This document shows, piece after piece, positions 1 to 5,741 of a DNA stretch of 5,741 bases. This stretch comes from a virus (lineage: Duplodnaviria; Heunggongvirae; Uroviricota; Caudoviricetes), in IMG/VR virus record IMGVR_UViG_2541047441_000020, one strand, 5' to 3'. Within the stretch, counting starts at the first letter, position 1. Each line of letters starts with the position of its first letter. The position numbers and the translations under genes were made by a program. A model generated the notes under the pieces. That model ran no database searches. It saw only the letters and a list, made by a program, of their open reading frames with translations, and had not been told where the DNA came from.

Positions 1-8
1 AGGGACGG

Positions 9-353
9 TTACTTTAATAATTTCAGTGCCTTTACATCCACTTCAACACTGCTCAGGTCTTTATCAATTTCACCCTCAATTCTTACTTTGTCTTTCGGAG
101 AAACATTCTGACCGGCCCATATGCTGTCATCGATATCCGTGACAATTGTCCCGCTATTGTCACGAAACTCATAACGTTCATCACCCACTTTTTTAACGAT
201 GCTCCCTTCAAGGATAACCCATGCATCATCCTTCAGTTCTTTTGCCTGCGCTACTGTTGAACGCTCTGCTTCAGGCCCTTGGAAACCGCCCTGCTGTGCA
301 AAAGCGCCAAAAGACACACCAGAAATAAGTGCTGCAATCAATACCTTTTTCAT
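9..353 (-). CDS. BOF (YgiW/YdeI, OB-fold) family periplasmic stress protein, 114 aa, with N-terminal signal peptide
   Basis: ATG at 353-351 preceded by AGAGGA with 6-nt spacing; TAA at 11-9. The N-terminus MKKVLIAALISGVSFGAFAQ is a typical Sec signal. QGGFQGP, DDxWVxLxG, SGTIxxDID and PKDxVxIxGExDKD match remembered YgiW/YdeI sequence. The family call is from memory. Confidence 0.85.
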   Translation of the reverse strand: MKKVLIAALISGVSFGAFAQQGGFQGPEAERSTVAQAKELKDDAWVILEGSIVKKVGDERYEFRDNSGTIVTDIDDSIWAGQNVSPKDKVRIEGEIDKDLSSVEVDVKALKLLK

Positions 354-410
354 TCATAGTCCTCTTTCAGAGATGAACATTCAAACAGCATTTTCAGTAT
401 GGTAAAGCGC

Positions 411-472
411 GGGTGCGTTGAGGATGCCTGACACATCAGAGGTGGCGGGAGATTACTCCCCCGCTTGGTCTC
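411..472 (-). promoter_or_regulatory. hok mRNA 3' UTR with fold-back inhibition (fbi)-like element and an imperfect hairpin
   Basis: Plus-strand 411-423 (gggtgcgttgagg) is the reverse complement of 786-797 except for one extra g, so the 3' end of the minus-strand transcript can pair with its 5' end. An imperfect hairpin lies at 446-465 (gcgggag / atta / ctcccccgc). Confidence 0.4.
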
Positions 473-628
473 TTACTTCTCAGATTCGTAGTCTACGAAG
501 ACAGCGACCTCCGTCTGGCCGGTTCGGACTCGTACCTCGCAGAGGTCTTTCCTCGTTACCAGTGCCGTCACTATGACGGTTAAACAGATGACGATCAGGG
601 CGATTAACATCGCCTTTTGCTGCTTCAT
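473..628 (-). CDS. hok: Hok/Gef family type I toxin, 51 aa small membrane peptide
   Basis: ATG at 628-626 preceded by AAGGAG with 9-nt spacing; TAA at 475-473. The product MKQQKAMLIALIVICLTVIVTALVTRKDLCEVRVRTGQTEVAVFVDYESEK closely matches remembered HokC/HokD: hydrophobic helix, then RKxLCE, then TGQTEVAVF. Confidence 0.85.
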   Translation of the reverse strand: MKQQKAMLIALIVICLTVIVTALVTRKDLCEVRVRTGQTEVAVFVDYESEK

Positions 629-685
629 AGCCTGCTTCTCCTTGCCTTTCGGCACGTAAGAGGCTAACCTAGATTTGCCGTTCAT
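473..685 (-). CDS. mok: mok-like in-frame upstream reading frame (70 codons) that extends hok at the N-terminus
   Basis: ATG at 685-683 with GAGG 8 nt upstream, in frame with hok. Chromosomal hok loci carry an in-frame mok of about this length. Whether it is translated is inference. Confidence 0.45.
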   Translation of the reverse strand: MNGKSRLASYVPKGKEKQAMKQQKAMLIALIVICLTVIVTALVTRKDLCEVRVRTGQTEVAVFVDYESEK

Positions 686-745
686 AGATTGAGCCTCAGA
701 TTAATGTTAGGCGTCTTGCAGGACGCGTAATGTTAACTGGGGCTT
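677..745 (+). ncRNA. sok: Putative Sok-like antisense RNA overlapping the mok start and ribosome-binding site; limits approximate
   Basis: Candidate plus-strand promoter inside the mok N-terminal codons: -35 TTGCCT (642-647), 17-nt spacer, -10 TAACCT (665-670). A transcript from about 677 would be antisense to the mok start (685-683) and its GAGG. No clean intrinsic terminator was found, so the 3' end is a guess. Confidence 0.3.
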
Positions 746-796
746 TTCTCTATCTGCCGTTGGTGTTCATGCCCGAGGCAGATAGCCTCAAGCACC
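686..796 (-). promoter_or_regulatory. hok mRNA 5' leader (tac/ucb-like region), transcription start near 796
   Basis: The minus-strand sequence from 796 reads GGGTGCTTGAGGCTATCTGCCTC..., resembling the remembered 5' end of plasmid R1 hok mRNA. It contains a 9-bp inverted repeat (750-758 with 777-785). Confidence 0.45.
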
Positions 797-803
797 CGCA
801 GCT

Positions 804-833
804 ATTCTACTTAACTTCCCATTACCTCGCCAA
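804..833 (-). promoter_or_regulatory. Candidate sigma70 promoter for hok/mok mRNA
   Basis: On the minus strand: -35 TTGGCG (833-828), 18-nt spacer, -10 TAGAAT (809-804), 7 nt to the proposed start at 796. Confidence 0.5.
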
Positions 834-999
834 TATGAAATCGGTCAGAAAGACAGACGTCCCATAAGGACAACAACGGAAAAAGAGATTTTGCTTGATG
901 CTATTTACCTCTGCACCATGAAGTTGCGCCAAAATCCCAGTGGTGATAACAGGAATTTGGTTGTTGGTGATTGGGGAAAGAAGTACGTTAGACTGTGGG

Positions 1000-2450
1000 T
1001 TAGTTCATTGACATGATAGTTACCTGCCTTCAATTTCCTAAGCAAGCGATGTAAACGATAATCAATATCAAATGTATTGACAGGTAAAATAATAACGATG
1101 TACCTTTGCTGATAACATATATCAGTCTTAAATCATAATGGAGGTAGATAAAATAACTAAACACACACAACAAATTTTTTATCAGTGACATAGCATATCT
1201 TAAGCATCCTTTAATGCTCATGGGGAGAACGCATGACTAAACATATGGACATTCATTGTCAAACACGCATATTTAACTCAATTAACCATGACACCAAATA
1301 TAAAATATGTATTTTTACTCCAAAAAACATTAAAAAAAATAATGCAACTCTTTATATACTTGATGGGAATAGTGCCAACAATTACATTTCTGATATTCTG
1401 CCTGTTATTGATGCACTACCCAATCCACCAGTGTTAGTTACACTTGGTTATGAATCTTGGAATAACCTTAGCATTCATCGCCGTGCTTACGATTATACTC
1501 CTGATGGTGAAAATGCTATTGTTGATAACTCTAAACCAGCATGGATCTACTTTACTGGTGGAGGAAGCCAGTCTTTCCGAGAATTATTACTAACTCAGAT
1601 CATGCCATGGGTTAGTACTATTGCTCCGAACAGTTCCAGAATCGGTATATGGGGACACTCGCTAGGTGCTATTTTTGTGCTTGATTGCTTAAAAAATAAT
1701 TCATGCTTTAACTATTATTATATATCTGCACCATCACTTCTATGGCAGAATGAAAGAATCATCAAGATAATTAAAGATGATATATCAGAATCAAAGCACA
1801 CTAAAAGTATATGCTTGCTTAACGGAAATCTTAGCCTTGATTACTCCGCATCTTTATATCCTGAAGCCATCAAAGCGGAATCTGTTTTGAGAAATATTTT
1901 GACAGAAAAATACAGTAATTTTTCTATTGTACAATTTCCAGAGCTCAATCATCAGGAGACTTTCTCTGCTGCACTCTGGAATAGCATTATTCATTTCAGC
2001 ATATAACAGAAAATATGTAATCACTTTATCAATCTAGCTAACATAACTGATATCAATCCTAATGGGTCTTTGAACATATTAAAAGATAACTTCTCATTTG
2101 TACATTGTTGTGTTCTTAGACCCATTTCAAAAATACTATTTTTTAGATACTAATAATTACATCCATTTAGCTATCTTCTAAATACTCCTCTCAGTTTCTT
2201 CATTGGAGCTGATTCAACTCCGGCAATGCATACTAGGATCATTTTATAAGCATACAAACAACATCCAGACTGTGAATTATTGCTATTCATTTTCTATGTA
2301 TCTGCTCTTTTCCCATCCACTGAAACACCAGAATCCAAAGGTTTCATGTTATTTTCACTATTCCATCATTACTCCTGTGTAAAATATCAAAACTCGCTGC
2401 ATCACTTCACTGTTACGGCACTCACTACAAATTATGTTCAATTGCCTGTC
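1000..2450. other. Low-GC islet (about 30-35% GC against about 50-55% flanking), probable horizontally acquired cargo; boundaries approximate
   Basis: Abrupt compositional shift judged by eye; the right boundary falls within the last ~30 codons of the 2358-2771 gene. No transposase, integrase or clear target-site duplication is visible. Confidence 0.6.
1233..2006 (+). CDS. Alpha/beta-hydrolase of the putative-esterase family (Fes/IroD/IroE siderophore-esterase-like), 257 aa, no signal peptide
   Basis: ATG at 1233 preceded by GGGGAGA; TAA at 2004-2006. GHSLG nucleophile elbow (Ser143), YILDGN (Asp44), RRAYDYTP (Arg84) and a C-terminal His240 in PELNH. Spacings Asp-Arg of 40 and Arg-Ser of 59 match what I recall for IroE (Asp90/Arg130/Ser189/His287); this is memory, not a search. 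The gene is very AT-rich. Confidence 0.75.
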   Translation: MTKHMDIHCQTRIFNSINHDTKYKICIFTPKNIKKNNATLYILDGNSANNYISDILPVIDALPNPPVLVTLGYESWNNLSIHRRAYDYTPDGENAIVDNSKPAWIYFTGGGSQSFRELLLTQIMPWVSTIAPNSSRIGIWGHSLGAIFVLDCLKNNSCFNYYYISAPSLLWQNERIIKIIKDDISESKHTKSICLLNGNLSLDYSASLYPEAIKAESVLRNILTEKYSNFSIVQFPELNHQETFSAALWNSIIHFSI

Positions 2451-2771
2451 ATAGCGGCGTATTTCTCCGTCTGGTAATGACCAGATAAGGTCAGGATCAA
2501 CCACAACCGGTTTCTTCAGTTTTGCCCTCGATAGTTTTTTGCGGGCGTTTTGCCAGTCCTTACGAGCCTGTTCAGATGGGAATAACCCGTAACCAGAGTT
2601 GTATACATCGCCACTGGCAACCAGCTCTCTGGCAAGAACGCTCATCAGATATCTTGTCGCACCTGTCTTGGCTTCCAGTTGCCGTAACGTCTCGCGCCCA
2701 CTCCGGCGTACTAGCTCAACAACCTGCCCTTTAATTTTTTCCCGCTCTTCCTGTGTAAATACTTTTGCCAT
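2358..2771 (-). CDS. Hypothetical prophage protein, 137 aa, with a winged-helix-like motif; function unknown
   Basis: The ORF track starts at TTG 2786, but ATG at 2771-2769 has GGAGG 5 nt upstream, immediately after the stop of the preceding gene (2789-2787). Motif LEAKTGATRYLMSVLARELVASGDVYNSGYGLF recurs in the neighbouring gene. The C-terminal ~28 codons lie in lower-GC DNA. Confidence 0.7.
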   Translation of the reverse strand: MAKVFTQEEREKIKGQVVELVRRSGRETLRQLEAKTGATRYLMSVLARELVASGDVYNSGYGLFPSEQARKDWQNARKKLSRAKLKKPVVVDPDLIWSLPDGEIRRYDRQLNIICSECRNSEVMQRVLIFYTGVMME

Positions 2772-2786
2772 AAGCGCCTCCGGCAA

Positions 2787-3455
2787 TCACTTTTCCGATA
2801 CAACACGGCGGGAAGAATCAGTAATCTGTCGAACAATATCCCGGTGCTTGTTCAGCTCCCGCAGCGCGGCGCAGACTCGCTCCCACTTCTGAACATCACT
2901 TTTCGCCCTGCGCAGCGCCAGGTTTGCCCTGCGAAGGGACGGAAAAATCAGCTCATCTGCTTGCGTTTCGGTAAACGATGGCAACGGCTGCACAATGTCC
3001 GCCACAGTTTCTGTTTTAATTTCTTCCTGTGTTGCGGCTTCCCGGACTGGTAACGCAGCACCTGCTGGCTGAGGAAAGGCCTTACCATCATTTTTCGTTA
3101 CCGGCGCGGCTTTCGGATCTGCTGGTAAATTACCCCCCGACATGCAGTAACGAAATTTACCGTTCTGATTAACGCGTGCCAGCCGCCCCGTTGCGGTTAC
3201 CACCGCCAGCGTGGAAGCAACCTTGCGAGTACTGACGCCGAACTTACCCGCCAGTTCCTCACACGTTTTAGCACCATCCTGACCGATAAACTCAACCATC
3301 ATGTCTGCGGTAACTTTTGGAGCGACCTCTTCGGTTACCACATCCGGCGCTTCAGGTTGTAGTGCCTGCCCTTCGGTTACCCCGGCTTCACCTTCGACAG
3401 CCAGAAACCAGGTGTGACCCGTTTTATCAACAACGCCATTTTTTTGAGTTCCCAC
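2787..3455 (-). CDS. Hypothetical prophage protein with winged-helix-like repeats; this ORF is probably the downstream part of a gene frameshifted at an A7 run
   Basis: 222-codon ORF whose frame opens only 3 codons upstream of its GTG start (3455), with no ribosome-binding site. The first in-frame ATG (codon 52) also lacks one. Contains [57 protein letters not shown]. Confidence 0.7.
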   Translation of the reverse strand: MGTQKNGVVDKTGHTWFLAVEGEAGVTEGQALQPEAPDVVTEEVAPKVTADMMVEFIGQDGAKTCEELAGKFGVSTRKVASTLAVVTATGRLARVNQNGKFRYCMSGGNLPADPKAAPVTKNDGKAFPQPAGAALPVREAATQEEIKTETVADIVQPLPSFTETQADELIFPSLRRANLALRRAKSDVQKWERVCAALRELNKHRDIVRQITDSSRRVVSEK

Positions 3456-3556
3456 AGTTCGTTAAGAACTTCTTCACGGCTGATATCAAGCCGCGCCGCC
3501 AGTTCAACAGAATTGGCTTTTCCCATCGCTTTCAGTGCATGCAATACAGTTTCCAT
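3377..3556 (-). CDS. N-terminal segment (first 36-38 codons) of the same gene, in the -1 frame relative to 2787-3455; authentic start of the frameshifted gene
   Basis: ATG at 3556-3554 with GAGGT 9 nt upstream, directly after the DnaC-like stop (3584-3582). Encodes [39 protein letters not shown] up to the A7 tract (plus-strand T7 at 3439-3445), then stops at TAA 3379-3377. Confidence 0.45.
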   Translation of the reverse strand: METVLHALKAMGKANSVELAARLDISREEVLNELWELKKMALLIKRVTPGFWLSKVKPG

Positions 3557-3581
3557 CGAAAATTTACCTCGTCAAAAATTC

Positions 3582-4322
3582 TCACATACCCTGACGTCCA
3601 ACGTTTGACCGCCAGCTCTCCCAGTTAAAATTCACCCAACGACCACCATTCATGGTCATACGGTCCATCACCCGATCTCCGAGGAGTGTGCTCATCGCTG
3701 CGTGATTCAGGTTCGTCAGCATTCCGACACTACGCATCGAAGCCGTTCTGCGGTCGACTATCTGGTTCAGCGTGACCTGCTCGTTGCGCGTATCCCGCTG
3801 CATGCCAATTTCATCAAGGACCAGAAGGTCAACTCCACAAAGCTCCTGTAAAAATTTTTCCCCGGACTGGCCGTTGTCGTAGCCGTCATGCAACACGCTC
3901 ATGACATCGGACACGGTGACGATAATCACGCTTCTCCCCTTCGCCATCAGCCGATTGCCAATCGCTGCTGCCAGGTGATTTTTACCGGTACCAGGTTTAC
4001 CGCTGAACACGAAGTTTGTACATCCGGTCATCAATTCATCGGCAATGGATTTCGCCTGGCTCAGAGCATGGCGCTGACCGTCGTTCTGCACCCGGTAGTT
4101 CCCGAATGAGCACTTCCTGTGAAGCGGCTGGATGCCCGCACGGTTCAGGATTTTTTCAACCCGCACCTGATGATTCAGGCGGTTAATCTCCTCGCTGCGT
4201 TTTCGTCCTTCAGCAAGTTGCCATTCCCGCCACTCCTCCACCGTCCGGTACGGTGGAACCGCCCCCTGTGGTGCAAGTCTGCGAATACGTTCAAGAACCC
4301 CAACTGCCGCAATGTTTTTCAT
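3582..4322 (-). CDS. DnaC-like replicative helicase loader (AAA+ ATPase), 246 aa, prophage replication protein
   Basis: Walker A SGKPGTGKNHLAAAIG and Walker B LLVLDEIG; near-colinear with remembered E. coli DnaC (IINQIVDRR, GMLTNLN, GDRVMDRM, WVNFNWESWR). ATG at 4322 follows the O-like stop by 6 nt. Matches the ydaV position in Rac-type prophages. Confidence 0.9.
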   Translation of the reverse strand: MKNIAAVGVLERIRRLAPQGAVPPYRTVEEWREWQLAEGRKRSEEINRLNHQVRVEKILNRAGIQPLHRKCSFGNYRVQNDGQRHALSQAKSIADELMTGCTNFVFSGKPGTGKNHLAAAIGNRLMAKGRSVIIVTVSDVMSVLHDGYDNGQSGEKFLQELCGVDLLVLDEIGMQRDTRNEQVTLNQIVDRRTASMRSVGMLTNLNHAAMSTLLGDRVMDRMTMNGGRWVNFNWESWRSNVGRQGM

Positions 4323-4328
4323 GACACG

Positions 4329-5291
4329 TCACCCCCTGAATCCCGGCGGTATTTCAGTGTCCGGTTCAGAAATGTGATTCACGCAACGCTGCGCGGGCGA
4401 ACGCCCCAGGCGGATAACCAGTTCATCCCATTTTTCCCGGAGTTTTGCCGGACTCATGATGTTTTTTACCCAGAACGAATCCCGCTGGAGACGCCCAAAC
4501 ATTTCACAAATTTGTCTGTGAGTTCTGCCATCCAGCATCCGCATTGTCCGCACGTCATTGGCCCATGCAGTCCAGTTGGGTTCTTTCGGTCTCGTGATCT
4601 CGCCATCATCGCTGGCCGCCTGCTCGTAAAGACTCACGATTCGTCCCCAGATCCACTGTGCGCACACCAAATCTTCCTGACTTCCCCACTGGCGTTTTTT
4701 CGCACTGAACACAACCGCGTCAGGGTGTCGGGTTAAAAAATTCTGTTCAGCCGTCTGCGGGTCCGGTTGCGAAGCGTCCGGACAAGAAGATCTTTTATCT
4801 GACGGATCAGGTTTTAATACTGACGGATCGGGGTCAATCATCGCCCCCCTAATCGGCAGTTTGTTATCAACAGTTGATCCATCAAAATTTGACGGGTCAA
4901 CCGTTGAGGGGGCAATATTTGACGGGTCAACTGTTAACGGGTCATTTTTTGCCGGGCTAATTTTTCTTTTCGGTTTATATGACTCACGCGCCGCCGCAGC
5001 AGCTGCTTCGAGTTTTTCCACATTAAGCCGATAGATATTGCTTACATTACGCCCACCGACCTTACGCTCTTCCTTCGTCAGCCAGCCCTCTTTCGCCAGT
5101 TCTGCAATAGCCGATTTCACTGTGGATTCACTTCTTGCACCGATCTGACGCCGGATAGTTTCAATGGCAGGCCATGACACGCCCTCGTCATTGCTGTAGT
5201 CTGCAAGACGGGCCATAACCGCCACCCTGGATAAGATCATGCCGGTGAAGGCGCACCCTTCCCAGACAAGACCATGAAGCTTGCTGCTCAT
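4329..5291 (-). CDS. Phage replication initiator (lambda O-like): N-terminal helix-turn-helix domain, low-complexity linker encoded by iterons, C-terminal domain
   Basis: The ORF track starts at GTG 5306, but ATG at 5291-5289 with GGGGG upstream is the better start. N-terminus (ARLADYSNDEGVSWPAIETIRRQIGARSESTVKSAIAELAKEGWLTKEER...NVSNIYRLN) resembles initiator HTH domains. The linker repeats TVDPSN. It sits directly upstream of the DnaC-like gene. Confidence 0.8.
   Translation of the reverse strand: MSSKLHGLVWEGCAFTGMILSRVAVMARLADYSNDEGVSWPAIETIRRQIGARSESTVKSAIAELAKEGWLTKEERKVGGRNVSNIYRLNVEKLEAAAAAARESYKPKRKISPAKNDPLTVDPSNIAPSTVDPSNFDGSTVDNKLPIRGAMIDPDPSVLKPDPSDKRSSCPDASQPDPQTAEQNFLTRHPDAVVFSAKKRQWGSQEDLVCAQWIWGRIVSLYEQAASDDGEITRPKEPNWTAWANDVRTMRMLDGRTHRQICEMFGRLQRDSFWVKNIMSPAKLREKWDELVIRLGRSPAQRCVNHISEPDTEIPPGFRG
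4799..4944. repeat. Iteron cluster (putative prophage replication origin) inside the O-like gene, flanked by an AT-rich stretch at 4945-4980
   Basis: ctgacggatcagg (4799-4811) and ctgacggatcggg (4820-4832) are 21 bp apart. An exact 13-bp direct repeat tttgacgggtcaa occurs at 4888-4900 and 4918-4930 (30-bp period), with a partial third copy at 4862-4877. Each unit is dyad-symmetric (TTGAC-GG-GTCAA; TCAAC-N-GTTGA). Followed by ttttttgccgggctaatttttcttttcggtttatat. Confidence 0.55.
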
Positions 5292-5313
5292 AAAACCCCC
5301 GAACACCGTGCTT

Positions 5314-5739
5314 TTAGTGCATCACCACAGCATTCCCTGCCGGGCCGCCGCGATTCATCTGGTCATACAAAACAACCGCTGACGCAACAAAATCATCGAC
5401 ATCCTTCACCAGCCGATCCCTCCGTTCGACGATCTCACGGTAATATTCAGAACTGTGGCTGCGCATACGGGCCACCAGCAAAGGCGGCATCGCCTTTTCG
5501 ATCGCCGGTAACAGAGCCTGCATTTTTTCAACAGCATCAGGGGTGTCTTTATCCAGCCAACGGAAAATTTTCTGGGTATTACGGGCCAGGGCTTCCGGAT
5601 GGCTGTCGTCATACAGTTCCGGGAACGTCATTCCCAGCTCGAAATACGCTTTGGTAATTTTCGCAGCCGGTACTTTTTCGCCGTCCGGATGCGCCCAGAC
5701 ATTCATCGCCATGCGGATGTGTTCATGCTTGATTTTCAT
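5314..5739 (-). CDS. YdaT-like prophage protein, 141 aa, function uncertain; its start is 3 nt from the window edge
   Basis: ATG at 5739-5737, TAA at 5316-5314, 22 nt upstream of the O-like start. Its position (unknown gene, then O-like, then DnaC-like) matches ydaT-ydaU-ydaV of Rac-type prophages. The MKIKHEHI N-terminus is consistent with my recollection of YdaT, which is unverified. Confidence 0.7.
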   Translation of the reverse strand: MKIKHEHIRMAMNVWAHPDGEKVPAAKITKAYFELGMTFPELYDDSHPEALARNTQKIFRWLDKDTPDAVEKMQALLPAIEKAMPPLLVARMRSHSSEYYREIVERRDRLVKDVDDFVASAVVLYDQMNRGGPAGNAVVMH

Positions 5740-5741
5740 GA

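Noticed and set aside
199-405. 68-aa plus-strand ORF
   Set aside because: Lies entirely antisense to the well-supported BOF gene and has no ribosome-binding site or recognisable motif; an ORF shadow.
1008-1082. Two TTGACA hexamers (1008-1013, 1077-1082) as -35 elements for the esterase gene
   Set aside because: Neither has a credible -10 hexamer at 16-18 bp spacing, so no promoter is called.
1030-1221. 63-aa hydrophobic minus-strand ORF in the AT-rich spacer upstream of the esterase
   Set aside because: AT-rich DNA readily gives hydrophobic F/L/I/Y-rich frames; there is no convincing Shine-Dalgarno sequence and it overlaps the likely esterase promoter region. A small membrane protein cannot be fully excluded.
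2280-2477. 65-aa plus-strand ORF
   Set aside because: Overlaps the 3' end of the 137-aa minus-strand gene and low-GC spacer; no ribosome-binding site or motif.
3377-3556. Resemblance of the first repeat to Z-DNA-binding Zalpha-type winged helices
   Set aside because: The similarity is impressionistic and the spacing of key residues does not match; only a generic winged-helix-like call is made, pending profile or structure comparison.
2522-3628. Plus-strand ORFs 2522-2734, 2599-2892, 2844-3053, 3317-3628 and 3414-3608
   Set aside because: All are antisense to the co-oriented minus-strand genes; their Arg/Ser/Pro/Cys-rich compositions are typical of out-of-frame reading of GC-rich coding DNA.
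3888-4736. Plus-strand ORFs 3888-4109 and 4119-4736 (205 aa)
   Set aside because: Antisense to the DnaC-like and O-like genes, which have strong homology support; no independent start signals.
2771-5306. ORF-track start codons TTG 2786, GTG 3455 and GTG 5306
   Set aside because: In each case an ATG with a proper Shine-Dalgarno sequence lies a few codons away (2771, 3556 via frameshift, 5291); the non-ATG starts are artefacts of longest-ORF calling.
5274-5657. Plus-strand ORF 5274-5657 and minus-strand alternate-frame ORF 5406-5612
   Set aside because: Both overlap the YdaT-like gene, either antisense or out of frame, and have Arg/Cys-rich low-complexity products.
1-5741. CRISPR arrays, tRNA or rRNA genes, IS elements, integrase or att sites
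   Set aside because: No regularly spaced repeat-spacer array, no cloverleaf-compatible sequence, and no transposase or integrase reading frame found on either strand.

Overview
Calls rest on reading the sequence and on remembered family motifs; no database search was run. The window holds a leftward-transcribed (minus strand) lambdoid, Rac-like prophage replication module followed by a low-GC cargo islet and a type I toxin-antitoxin locus. From right to left: a YdaT-like gene (5314-5739), an O-like replication initiator (4329-5291) with an iteron-type origin inside it, a DnaC-like helicase loader (3582-4322), and two genes of unknown function sharing a winged-helix-like motif (2787-3455 and 2358-2771). 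The upstream one appears split by a frameshift at an A7 run. Next comes a ~1.4 kb AT-rich islet (about 1000-2450) whose only convincing gene, on the plus strand, is a leaderless Fes/IroE-type esterase (1233-2006). Left of it is an apparently intact hok/mok/sok locus (411-796) and a BOF (YgiW/YdeI) family periplasmic protein gene (9-353). No tRNA, rRNA, CRISPR array, IS element or integrase is visible. The best candidate for something undescribed is the esterase islet together with the two winged-helix-like genes; the rest are recognisable families.
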